64,000 bases of DNA from an uncultured Sphaerobacteraceae bacterium (GTDB taxonomy: Bacteria > Chloroflexota > Chloroflexia > Thermomicrobiales > UBA6265): positions 29,179 to 93,178 of the forward strand of contig CAYJPA010000003.1 of the NCBI GenBank assembly GCA_964371945.1, written 5' to 3'. The stretch's first letter is position 1. Each line of letters opens with the position of its first letter. The position numbers and the translations under genes are program-made. This document shows positions 54,405-63,926 of this stretch, one piece after another. Below the pieces are notes generated by a model, which ran no database searches, was not told where the DNA came from, and saw nothing but the letters and a program-made list of their open reading frames with translations.

Positions 54405-56499
54405 ATGAACGCCAAATTCAAGCTTCGCGAGTCTGGCGCTCAACCAAACTGCAAACAAACTCCCGTTGTCAACGATCAAGAAACGACGGCCAGGCCAATC
54501 GGATCATCGACATCTTTGCCAAATGAACGAGAGTTGCTCTCGCTCATCATGGACTATTCCCCGGACTCCATTTTCATCAAAGATGCCGACGGTCGCTATT
54601 TGCGGACCAATCGCGCCGATGCATAGCTGCTCGGATTGAACGATCCAGCATTGGTCGTTGGCAAAACCGATTTCGACTTCGTGCCCACCTCGACGGCCGA
54701 GAGATTTGTCGAGAGTGATCGCCAGGTAATGCGGACCGGCGTTCCGATGACCGACCAGGTACGTTCCTATTCCGGTCTCGACGGAAAACTGCGCTGGCCT
54801 TCGACAACGAAAGCTCCGACCTATGACGACACCGGCCGGATCTCCGGCATTATTGGGATCTCACGCGATGTCACCGACCGCAAATTGGCCGACGAGACGA
54901 CCGAAATAGCAGAAAAGCGGTATCGAGAACTCTTTGATGAGGCGCCGGTGATGTATCTCGTCACCGAGAATCCTGGCAAAGCTCCTGTTGTGACAGACTG
55001 CAATCGATAGTTTCTTCGCACGATCGGATACCAACGGCACGAGGTCATTGGGCATCGACTCGTCGAATTCCTGACTTCGGAGGTAGCCGCCAAGTTGCCG
55101 GAGCAACAGTCTCGATCGCACCAAAGCGGGTTGACAACTGTCGAAAGTCAATTGCTTACTCGAGATGGCCGTGTGGTCGACATTCAGGTGCGGGCGGCAC
55201 GAGAGCTGAATGAGGACGGATCGGCCCAAATAGCTCGTTCGACGTTGATAGACGTCAAAGAACAGAAGCGAGCTGAAGCAGCCCTTCGCAAGAGCGAGGA
55301 GCAACTGCAATTGGCTTTCGCGACCACCCTAACGGACATCTGGGTTTGGGATGTCTCAACCGGAGTGCTCGAGTCGCGAAATATCGAAAGTCTCTTCGGC
55401 TGGGAGCCGGGCTCGTTCACCGGTGACTACGAAATGTACCTGGCGACTGTCCACCCGGATGACAGACAGCGAGTTCGCGAGGCCGACAACCAGGTCGGCG
55501 CGATGGGTTCGGACTACGATCTCGATTTCCGGATTGTCCGCCCGGACGGCGCAATTCGTTGGATGGCCGAGCGGGGGCGCGTTGTTGAGCACGACAACAA
55601 CGGAAAAGCGCTGATGGTGGTCGGCGCTACGATGGATGTCACCGAGCGCAAAGAGGCGGAGGCCGCCCTACTGGCCGGTGAACAGCAGTTTCGACTCTTG
55701 TTTTCCGCCAATCCTCATCCTATGTGGGCCTACGATCGCGAAAGCCTCGCGTTCCTCGAGGTCAATGCCTCGGCAATCGACCGCTATGGATACACGCGCG
55801 ACGAATTTCTCGGGATGACGATCACTCAGATCCGACCCGCGGAAGATCTCGCGCGCTTCCATCTCGCGTTGGACATAGATTTCCCCAACCTTGAGGCAAG
55901 CGGTGGCTTGCGGCATCTCACAAAGGATGGTCGCCTCCTCGACGTCGAGATCACTTCGCACGCGCTGACTTTTCGCGGCCACGCGGCCGTCCTCGTCGTG
56001 GCACAGGATGTCACCGCCCGCCTCGTTCTCGAGCGACAACTGGCTCATCAAGCATTTCATGACCCGCTGACTGGACTTCCGAATGGAAGATGTGGGTAGC
56101 GCGATCGCGACCCTCAACGCGTTGAAGCAGCTTGGCGTCCGGCTCTCGATCGATGATTTCGGTGCCGGGTACGCGGGACTTGGCTACCTTCGCCGGTATC
56201 CAGTCGACGGACTGAAGATCGATCGATCGTATGTGCCAGGCATGGGTCACAGCCGGGTCGACATGGCCATGGTCCGTGCCATCGTCGAGTTCGCCCGTGA
56301 GCTCGGAATCGAAGTGACGGCCGAGGGCATCGAAACGGCGGAGCAGCTCGCATTGGTCCGCGCACTCGGCTGTGGCTTGGGACAAGGCTCCTACTTTTCG
56401 CGGCCGATCGCAGCAGACGCGATCACGGAGCACATCAATAATGGGAACGCGGCGAAACTGCTCAACCGATCTTCGATTCAACACCTTGTCAGGGACTGA
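54405..56499 (+). pseudogene. Multi-PAS (4) - GGDEF(deleted) - EAL(partial) sensor pseudogene
   Basis: Three ORFs in one frame (54288.., 54636.., 55095..) are separated only by in-frame TAG codons at 54624 and 55008 that fall inside PAS domains. At about 56075..56095 the GGDEF start (HDPLTGLPN) is joined out of frame to the middle of an EAL domain (LKQLGVRLSIDDFGAGYAGL). Confidence 0.8.
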
Positions 56500-56502
56500 C
56501 GA

Positions 56503-57480
56503 CTATCGATCGCGCTTCACAACGCCCGTCATGCAGTGAACTGAACCGCCGCCCTTCATCAGCTCATCGACCTCAACCTCAAAGACCTCAACCCCGTTAC
56601 GCTCCAGCAGCGCTTTGGTAATGCTGTTCCCTTCGGGAGAGACGATGACGCCCGGCGCAAGCGGAACAACGTTGATCGCCATGCCGGTTTGCGCCTCGAA
56701 TGCATCCGGTAGATCGATGAAGCGGAAGCCGTGATGCTTCAACGTTTCGTACACGACCCACGAGAGTTGAGTCGGGTAGACCATGGCGAGATCTCGGTCG
56801 ACGATGTTGATCGTCCCGTCGATGTGACCGCATCCATAAGGGATTTGCACGATTTCGACCCGAGGCACGCCGACCCGGCGAAAGGCATCGGCCACCTGCT
56901 CTGCACCCGATTTGTTCGTTCGCATGCCATGGCCAACAAACACGAGATCTTCGTTCGCGATGACCACATCGGCGCCCTCGAAGAGCCCGTCGCCGTGAAC
57001 GGTTTGGATGATCGGCACGCCCATTCCCGCGAGCGCGGCTGCCGAGTAGCGCTCTTCCCCCGCGCGGCTGTGGGACGCCATGCGCGCGATCACCGCTCCG
57101 GTTGAGGTCATGCAAAAGTGATCGCGGCAGAAATAGGCGTTCGGCTTATCGTCCGGCGCCGAGTCGATAAAATTGACCTGCACACCGTGCGAGCGATAAA
57201 AATCGACAAAGGCGTCGTGCTGGGCTCGAGCGCGGATCGGATCGATCTCGCCAAGCCAGAGCGCGGCGCGGAAGTCGGGCACATCGTCGATCTCAGGACC
57301 GGGACGGCGCATGAGCACGGCACGCAGGGCGCCGTACTCAGACGTCACCCCACAGTCCGCCCAAAGCGCTCCAAGCTCACTTGGCATTCCACCCTGACGT
57401 GGCGCCCAGCCATCACCACCGTGAGCTGAATCTTCGTTCTGCCGCAGAATATCCGCCGGCCGCCCGACTTTCGCTACCAT
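56503..57480 (-). CDS. Guanidino-group modifying enzyme superfamily protein (arginine deiminase/DDAH/amidinotransferase-like)
   Basis: C-terminal GGGSVHCMTGV (catalytic Cys) and FCRDHF. GGAGG SD before ATG 57480. Confidence 0.75.
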   Translation of the reverse strand: MVAKVGRPADILRQNEDSAHGGDGWAPRQGGMPSELGALWADCGVTSEYGALRAVLMRRPGPEIDDVPDFRAALWLGEIDPIRARAQHDAFVDFYRSHGVQVNFIDSAPDDKPNAYFCRDHFCMTSTGAVIARMASHSRAGEERYSAAALAGMGVPIIQTVHGDGLFEGADVVIANEDLVFVGHGMRTNKSGAEQVADAFRRVGVPRVEIVQIPYGCGHIDGTINIVDRDLAMVYPTQLSWVVYETLKHHGFRFIDLPDAFEAQTGMAINVVPLAPGVIVSPEGNSITKALLERNGVEVFEVEVDELMKGGGSVHCMTGVVKRDR

Positions 57481-57603
57481 TTTTCGCGCCTCCGTCATCA
57501 ATGCGATAATTGGAAGAATGATGCGAGCATACCGAGCGCGGCCAGCGGGCACAATACGGTAACTTGATGACGAGCGGATTGTCGTTGAACGCGGATCGGG
57601 AGC

Positions 57604-58089
57604 ATGAGGCTCATGGAACAACTCGCCTTTCGAATTGTGCCTGCCGGCGAGGAGCGCGATGCGTACCTACCGTTACTCTACTTGGCGGACGATTCAGTGG
57701 CCGCGGTGAGCGGATACTATCAGTCAGGCGATCTCTACGTGCTGGATTCGAACGAGGGAAGGCCGTTGGCGGTTGTGCTGGCAATCCCTGAGCTCGACGG
57801 CTCGGTCGAACTAAGAGCCGTGGCGGTCGACGCGTCGCTCCAGGGCCAAGGGATCGGCAAGCGGATGCTTTCGCTCGTGCTCGAATCCCTGCGAGCGAAG
57901 CAGATCCGTCACGTCATCGTCGGCACCGGAAATTCAGGCATCGGACAGCTCGCCTTCTATCAAAAAGCGGGTTTTCGGCTCTGGAAAATTGAACGCGACT
58001 TCTTCGGCCCCGAACGCGGCAACCCCGAAGGCATCGAAGAGAACGGCATCCCGCTTAGAGACATGGTCTGGATGGATCAAAACCTATAG
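57604..58089 (+). CDS. GNAT family N-acetyltransferase
   Basis: LRAVAVDASLQGQGIGKRMLSLVLE ... FYQKAGFRL. Confidence 0.85.
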   Translation: MRLMEQLAFRIVPAGEERDAYLPLLYLADDSVAAVSGYYQSGDLYVLDSNEGRPLAVVLAIPELDGSVELRAVAVDASLQGQGIGKRMLSLVLESLRAKQIRHVIVGTGNSGIGQLAFYQKAGFRLWKIERDFFGPERGNPEGIEENGIPLRDMVWMDQNL

Positions 58090-58216
58090 GCCGCGGGTGC
58101 CGGGTGCGACCCAGTGACACACTCGATCGGACGAGACGGGTACAAGACCTGAGAGGTTGATCGACTTCTGCATATCGACCTCGCGATTCATTCGGAGCGC
58201 GTAAACCGGGGGCACT

Positions 58217-59414
58217 TTGGATACGGACTTCTCGATCTCACCGCCGCATCGTCCGTATCCCAGGACCGATCGCCAGGCTGAATTCATCGCACTCGGAGAC
58301 AGCCACGCTCGCATTGCGGCGGCCAATGCAACGTGACACGACCGCGAGAATTCCTTCCCTTTCGACACGTTTCAAGCACTGCAAGAGGCCGGCTATCTGG
58401 CACTGACCGCGCCGGAAGAGTCTGGCGGCCGCGCGATCACGCCGCTCGAGCTCATGCTTGCCCAGGAGCGGCTCGCTCACGGCGACGGCGCGGTGGCGCT
58501 CGGCGCGACGGTGCACCTCTCCCAGGTCACCGGTCTCGCGAGCGGTGGTATTTGGCCCGCCGCACTGCGCGATCGAATCCTGAAGGACGTCGTCGAGCGC
58601 GGAACCTTCATGAACAACTTGGCCAGCGAACCGGAGCTCGGAAGCCCGAGCCGCGGCGGCGCATACGCCGCGCGGGCGGTGCGTGACGGCGACTACTGGG
58701 TCATCAACGGCCGCAAAACCTGGTCGACCCTCTCTCCGGCGCTGACCTATTCGACAGTCTTGCTCGGAGTCGAAGAAGCGGATGGCTCAGTCGTGCGCGG
58801 CACGTTTTTCGTGCCGATGGAAACGCCCGGCGTTCGGATCGAAGAAACATGGGACAGCCTTTCGATGCGGGCAACCGGCAGCCACGACGTGATCTTCGAG
58901 AATGTCCGCGTACCGGAAGACTACCGGCTCGGCCAAATGCCGGGACTGCCCGCGGCAAATCCGGGCGGTTGGGGACTGATCGGAAGCGCGGTTCATCTTG
59001 GCATCTCAACCGCCGCCAGAGATTTCGCCGTCGATTTCGCCAAGGAGCGCAAACCCGAAGCGCTTGGCGGCAAAGCCCATCTCGTCGCTCGTAACGGTCC
59101 AGCACCGGATCGCCCAGATCGAAATCCTGTTGCTGCAATCGCGATCGGTCCTTTACGGCACCGCATAGCTCTGGGACCAACATCCAGAATGGCACGGAGA
59201 GCTGAGCCCACAACTCGCGTCCGCCAAGTACACCGTCACCAACAACGCGATTCAAATCACCGATCAAGCCCTCCGCGTGGTCGGTTCAGTCGGCCTTCTC
59301 CGCCGCACCCCGCTCGAGCGCTATTTTCGCGACGTCCGCGCCGGTCTCGGCAACGCCCCAATGGACGACCTCGCCCTCACCCTCATCGGCAAATCCGCCC
59401 TCGACGTTACGTAG
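58217..59414 (+). pseudogene. Acyl-CoA dehydrogenase pseudogene
   Basis: ACAD-like sequence runs throughout (FPFDTFQALQEAGYLALTAPEESGG; YWVINGRKTWST; RYFRDVRAGL). It has an in-frame TGA at 58334, a 1-nt frameshift near 59074..59078 (GGKAHLV versus GGK-PISSLVTVQHRIAQ) and an in-frame TAG at 59166. Confidence 0.8.
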
Positions 59415-59462
59415 TCGACCAATCGACGAGACGACTAATCGTCTTGTCGTCTTGTCAATTCG

Positions 59463-59867
59463 CTACTTGGGTCCCGTGTACACCACCTCGAACAGAATCT
59501 GGTCGGGCGACAAGAACATTGCCGAGTAGTAAAGATCGTTTTCGCCGCTTGCGTACTCCGGGCGGTTGCATGGCGTTCCGTACAGCAGCTCCACACCGCG
59601 TTCCCTGAGGTACGCGACCGTCGCATCGACATCCGCCTGTGTTTCAACGCCGATACCGAAATGGTTGAGACCCGGAGCATCATGATCATTGGCTACATCA
59701 CTCGTCGCGGCGGCGAACCAAAGGCTCACCTGTCCGTCGTTGCCAACTCCAATCAGCTCCTCCTCTTCATAGAGGGTCTTCCATCCCAGAGACGCGAACA
59801 TATCCGCGTAGAAGGATTTGTTCGCCGGGTTCATGTTGAATTGCAAGTGGCTAACGTGCGACTTCAT
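59463..59867 (-). CDS. VOC (glyoxalase/bleomycin resistance/dioxygenase) family protein
   Basis: MKSHVSHLQFNM...NHFGIGVE.... GGGAGG SD before ATG 59867. The rest of ORF 59463..60305 is not supported. Confidence 0.8.
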   Translation of the reverse strand: MKSHVSHLQFNMNPANKSFYADMFASLGWKTLYEEEELIGVGNDGQVSLWFAAATSDVANDHDAPGLNHFGIGVETQADVDATVAYLRERGVELLYGTPCNRPEYASGENDLYYSAMFLSPDQILFEVVYTGPK

Positions 59868-60084
59868 TACGTTCCTCCCGTGCGCGACTGCCCGAACGCC
59901 AACCGCGCGGTTATCGATAGCCCAGAGGGCACAATAGAGCACCTGTTCGACAATATCAATTGCAGTTTTGTAGGTTCCGAAGAGTAGAACCGCGTGCGCG
60001 GGTGAAATGTGAGAAGGTGCGCGAAAATGATATCCGACGTCCACGCGTCGACCACTGACGAACGTCATCACATGGGGATCGATC

Positions 60085-61551
60085 ATGCGATTTGTCATCG
60101 GCGAGTTTGCACACGAAACCAACACGTTTTGTCCCGGCTTTACCGAGCTCGACGCGTTCAAGTCGACCTTCTGGTGTGAAGGCGACGAGATCTTCACGCG
60201 CAATCGCGGCGTCCGGAACGATCTCGGCGGAATGATCTCGGCCGGAGAGCGCCTCGGGATCGAACTGGTTCCGACTCTCGCGACGACAACGCAACCATCG
60301 GCCACCGTCTCCCGCCATGCCTATGAAACCATTCGCGACACGCTCTTCGCCGCCATTCGGGCCGCGGGAGAGGTCGACGCGATCTGCCTTGCCCTCCACG
60401 GTGCCGGCTCCGCGGACGGCTTGGAGGACATGGAAGGAACATTCCTGGCCGAGCTGCGGGAATTGATCGGAACCGAGATCCCGGTGGTCGTGTCGCTCGA
60501 TCTGCACGGCAACACCACCGAGGCCATGCTGGAGCACGCGACCGCCGCCTTTTACTGCCACGAGTACCCGCATATCGACACCTACGATCGTGGCGAGGAG
60601 ATCGTCGAGATCGCGGCTAAGATCGTGCGCGGCGAGATCAAGCCGGTCATGCATTTGCGCCGCTTGCCGGTCACGATCCCGCCATCCACCACCTTTTCCG
60701 GGCCGGCCAAAGTGATCAACGAACGCTGTTTCGAATGGGAAACGCAGCTGGGCGTGATCGATTGCAATTTCACCCACGGCTTTCCCCACACGGATGTGTC
60801 CGTGATCGCGACGTCGATTCTGGTCATCACGGACAACGATCCCGCGCTCGCGGAACGCATCGCAAACGATGTCGCGGATCTAGTGCTCGAAACGCTCGAG
60901 GACTTTCGACAATCTCTTCCCGGCGCCAAAGAAGCCGTCTCCCAGGCGCTCGCCGCCACCGACCTCCCTGTGATCGTCGCCGAGGTCTCGGACAATCCCG
61001 GCGGTGGCGCCCCCGGCAGCGGAACCCATTTGCTCCGGGCACTGCACGAGGCGAACCAGCCAAACACCTGCTTCGGCTTCATCTGGGATCCATCGACCGC
61101 GGACCAGGCGCACGCCGCCGGAACCGGAAGCACGATCGACGTCTCCCTGGGCGGTTTCACCGACGACCTCCACGGCCCTCCGGTCAAAACACAGGCGTAC
61201 GTCAAATGCCTGACCGACGGTCTATTCCGGTTGGTCAACCCGATGGGCGCCGGGAGCCTCGTCAATCTCGGCAGAATGGCGCGACTTGTCATCGGCAATG
61301 TCGACGTGATCGTCGGTTCAAACCGAGCCCAAACACTCGACGCCCAGCTCTTCTTGTTGCACGGCATTGATGTCCGCACGATGCGGATCGTGGCCTTCAA
61401 GTCGCAGCAGCATTTCCGCGGCGGTTTTCAGAACATCGCCGGCACGATCATCCGGTGCGACACACCCGGCTTCACCACCAGCAACCTCTCCGACCTGCCA
61501 TACAAGAACATCACTCGCCCAATCTGGCCACTCGACCCGCTGCCGAGATGA
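60085..61551 (+). CDS. M81 family metallopeptidase (MlrC-like), copy 2
   Basis: MRFVIGEFAHETNTFCP. 488 aa, collinear with copy 1. Confidence 0.85.
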   Translation: MRFVIGEFAHETNTFCPGFTELDAFKSTFWCEGDEIFTRNRGVRNDLGGMISAGERLGIELVPTLATTTQPSATVSRHAYETIRDTLFAAIRAAGEVDAICLALHGAGSADGLEDMEGTFLAELRELIGTEIPVVVSLDLHGNTTEAMLEHATAAFYCHEYPHIDTYDRGEEIVEIAAKIVRGEIKPVMHLRRLPVTIPPSTTFSGPAKVINERCFEWETQLGVIDCNFTHGFPHTDVSVIATSILVITDNDPALAERIANDVADLVLETLEDFRQSLPGAKEAVSQALAATDLPVIVAEVSDNPGGGAPGSGTHLLRALHEANQPNTCFGFIWDPSTADQAHAAGTGSTIDVSLGGFTDDLHGPPVKTQAYVKCLTDGLFRLVNPMGAGSLVNLGRMARLVIGNVDVIVGSNRAQTLDAQLFLLHGIDVRTMRIVAFKSQQHFRGGFQNIAGTIIRCDTPGFTTSNLSDLPYKNITRPIWPLDPLPR

Positions 61552-61659
61552 GGAAAACGTCAAATACCCCATGACTCTTGCGTGCAGCGCTTGTGAACTT
61601 TTTGCTGGAGGACGAGCATGGAGTGAAATTTCGCCGGACAGGCATCGTCGCGCGTCGCA

Positions 61660-61977
61660 TCAGGAAGGCGGGAAGATCAAATCGAGGCCTTCGAGTGATC
61701 TGCTGGCATGAACTACCCGACTGACGTCGAGATAGGTGTCGGAGAACGAGTAGATAACGACGTGCTGTCCGGCCAGACGGGCTCGGAACTCTGACCGTAG
61801 ATCAGGTCGCCGCGTACCGGTCCATGGAAACTCGCTGAGCTGCGACAAGGCTTCGTTCAAAATCGAAGCGTATGTGTCGCGCTGCAACGGGCCCCAGGAC
61901 TCCAACGTGAATTGAAGGATCTCTTGGAGGTCAGACTCGGCTAGAGCGGAGAGCCTAATCTCGAGGTTTGACGGCAT
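61660..61977 (-). CDS. parE: ParE/RelE-family type II toxin
   Basis: RARLAGQHVVIYSFSDTYLDVSRVVHASRS is a typical ParE C-terminus. Overlaps the upstream antitoxin by 23 nt. Confidence 0.8.
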   Translation of the reverse strand: MPSNLEIRLSALAESDLQEILQFTLESWGPLQRDTYASILNEALSQLSEFPWTGTRRPDLRSEFRARLAGQHVVIYSFSDTYLDVSRVVHASRSLEGLDLIFPPS

Positions 61978-62242
61978 CTTTCACCGGCAATCCGAGCGCG
62001 CTTCGCGACTCCGATTCACTGACTAGTCTCGCCATCGTCTCAGGCGTGTAGACCACGAATTCCCCGCGCTCAATTTGGTCGAACCCCAGTTGGACTTCGT
62101 TCCTGAGCCAGCGAAGCTGCGCTTCACGACGCTGAAGCAACGCCAAAGAGGCCTCGAGCACTGCCTCCGGATCGTCAAAGCTGCCGCTTTCGACGAACTC
62201 TTCGACTATCGATTGAAGCGCTGGGTTTAACTGGATCACCAT
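61955..62242 (-). CDS. parD: ParD-like type II antitoxin
   Basis: IVEEFVESGSFDDPEAVLEASLALLQRREAQLRWLRNEV resembles ParD1/3/4-type antitoxins. Confidence 0.7.
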   Translation of the reverse strand: MVIQLNPALQSIVEEFVESGSFDDPEAVLEASLALLQRREAQLRWLRNEVQLGFDQIERGEFVVYTPETMARLVSESESRSALGLPVKDAVKPRD

Positions 62243-62570
62243 CTCGTTCTCCTACCTGCCAGCTTCGACTTTATCACGTCAGCAAAGCCAAAGGAACAGC
62301 ATCGGCACCGACCCGGCCGATTTCGACGATCGGCCGAACATCGTCTTCCGGTTTGAAGAGTTTCGTGTCCATTTCAGCATGCTCGTCCAGTACATCGGAC
62401 GCTCAATCTGGCTGGGCGGTGGAAACGCTGCCATCGTGACGCGGATTTCTGTAGTCTCCTCAGACGTAAATGCTGTCGAGGAGCGGTCACTAGCAAGTCG
62501 CAATACTGTCACATCTCATGATAATATCTTGAGCTGTCGATGGAGACAAAGCTTGGATTCCGAGGCGAAC

Positions 62571-62852
62571 ATGGTTGCACAGCTATCTGATAGGAATCGC
62601 TCGACACAGAGTCGCACGATCCGCGTCCCGCGCGACATCTATGACCAACTCAATCAGATCTCTTCGGAGGCGCATTCTTCGATTGGCGAGGTGGTTGCGG
62701 ACCTCGTGCGCGAGCGCGCCAAACGGGAGTTCTACACAAAGATGCGCGAGGGATGTCGGGCATTGCACGAGGACACGGTCGCCTGGGACGAATTCCAGGA
62801 GGAGATGAGCGCCTGGGACGCCACGCTCGGTGATAGCTTGAGTGAACTATAG
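62571..62852 (+). CDS. RHH-type antitoxin partner of the MazF-like gene
   Basis: ATG 62571. TIRVPRDIYDQLNQISSEAHSSIGEVVADLV looks like a ribbon-helix-helix fold. Its stop lies 12 nt before the mazF-like ATG. Confidence 0.65.
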   Translation: MVAQLSDRNRSTQSRTIRVPRDIYDQLNQISSEAHSSIGEVVADLVRERAKREFYTKMREGCRALHEDTVAWDEFQEEMSAWDATLGDSLSEL

Positions 62853-62864
62853 GTGATCGATCGC

Positions 62865-63197
62865 ATGCCGCAACACGGCGAGATCTGGTGGGTCGAGCTT
62901 GTCGCTGTCGTCGGACGAGAGTAGGCGGGGCGACGCCCCGCCGTCGTCGTTTCATCGAACGAATTTCTCGAAACCGGCGCGCGCCGGGCCGCAGTGGTCC
63001 CGATAAAGACCAACTTCCACGACCTGCCAAGCTGGGTGCCGATCAACCCATCCATCGGAATCCTGAAACCGAGCTGGGCACTCCCCGATCAAATCCGCGC
63101 GGTCGACTTCAGCCGACTAGTGAAACGCCTGGGAATTGTTGACGAAGCTACACGGGCCGCGATCGACCGGATACTCCGGCTGGTTCTCGATCTCTAG
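62865..63197 (+). pseudogene. mazF: MazF/PemK-family toxin gene interrupted by an in-frame TAG
   Basis: MPQHGEIWWVELVAVVGRE*AGRRPAVVVSSNEF...VVPIKTN... The TAG at 62922 sits where E. coli MazF has Gln (GSEQAGHRPAVVLS). Confidence 0.8.
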
Positions 63198-63467
63198 GGC
63201 GCAATACGGGCTTCATCTAGTCCACTCATACGGAGAGTATTGGTCAATCGAAGGTGCGTGTCTCTGAGTACCGCCGACAAGACATACCGTTGGAAAAACC
63301 GATCTCGCAGCCTGGAGCGACTCGTCGCGGAGCTGCCGACTCATTGAGCCGTTCCGCACATTTGCTCGGGCCCACCGATTCCCAGAACGCGATTGACCGT
63401 TCTTCAGACCCCTATTCCGCAAATGCCTACGATTCATCACTCCGAGTCCGCGTTTCACAAAACCTGC

Positions 63468-63494
63468 TTAGCACTCTCTCTTGCAGAGTGCTAA
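63468..63494. promoter_or_regulatory. CIRCE operator (HrcA binding site)
   Basis: TTAGCACTC-N9-GAGTGCTAA, a perfect match to the CIRCE consensus, about 105 nt upstream of groES. Confidence 0.9.
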
Positions 63495-63509
63495 GAAGGT
63501 TGGTACAAT
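63481..63509 (+). promoter_or_regulatory. groES promoter (TTGCAG-17-TACAAT with TGn extended -10)
   Basis: -35 at 63481..63486 inside the CIRCE spacer, TG at 63501..63502, TACAAT at 63504..63509. Confidence 0.6.
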
Positions 63510-63597
63510 CCTTCGCTGTCAACGGTTTTTGGATGCGCCGGCCGTTCCACGTTACCCGGACGGCGCAATCGGTACAGTTTTAGGAGGAAGGACACGC

Positions 63598-63921
63598 ATG
63601 TCTGATTCCAATGGCGCGAGTGCGACCGCACTCAAGCTCTCTCCCCTCGGCGACCGCGTCGTGATCAAACCGGCCGGCCGCGAAGAGACCACCAAGAGCG
63701 GTCTCGTGCTCCCGGACACCGCTAAAGAGAAGCCACAAAAAGGCACCATCATCGCCGCCGGCCCTGGCCGCCGTGACGACGATGGCGATCGCATCGAGCT
63801 CGACGTCAAGGTTGGGGACGTCGTCCTCTTCGCCAAGTACGCCGGCACTGAGTTCAAGCTCGAAGAAGAGGACCTCTTGATTCTGGCCGAGAAGGACATT
63901 CTCGCCGTCATCGAAGGTTAG
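63598..63921 (+). CDS. groES: Co-chaperonin GroES
   Basis: [46 protein letters not shown]...[40 protein letters not shown]. Confidence 0.95.
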   Translation: MSDSNGASATALKLSPLGDRVVIKPAGREETTKSGLVLPDTAKEKPQKGTIIAAGPGRRDDDGDRIELDVKVGDVVLFAKYAGTEFKLEEEDLLILAEKDILAVIEG

Positions 63922-63926
63922 CTTTG

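Noticed and set aside
62279-62512. 77-aa ORF in the ParD/RHH-antitoxin spacer, and the long N-terminal extension of ORF 62379..62852.
   Set aside because: No SD and an odd composition. The antitoxin aligns from ATG 62571. The spacer more likely holds the two divergent TA promoters.
54624-63197. Idea that TAG is reassigned to a sense codon (e.g. Gln) in this organism.
   Set aside because: TAG terminates many well-delimited intact genes here: DUF305 at 4712, hyuB at 9598, SBP at 24318, PIN at 26408, DUF2961 at 51562, GNAT at 58087, and the RHH antitoxin at 62850. One affected gene also carries a frameshift and another a large deletion. Pseudogenisation is the more economical explanation.
63213-63583. 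ORFs 63213..63458 (-) and 63254..63583 (+) upstream of groES, considered as a possible hrcA or small regulator.
   Set aside because: There is no similarity to HrcA, and they overlap the CIRCE/promoter region. They look like chance ORFs.
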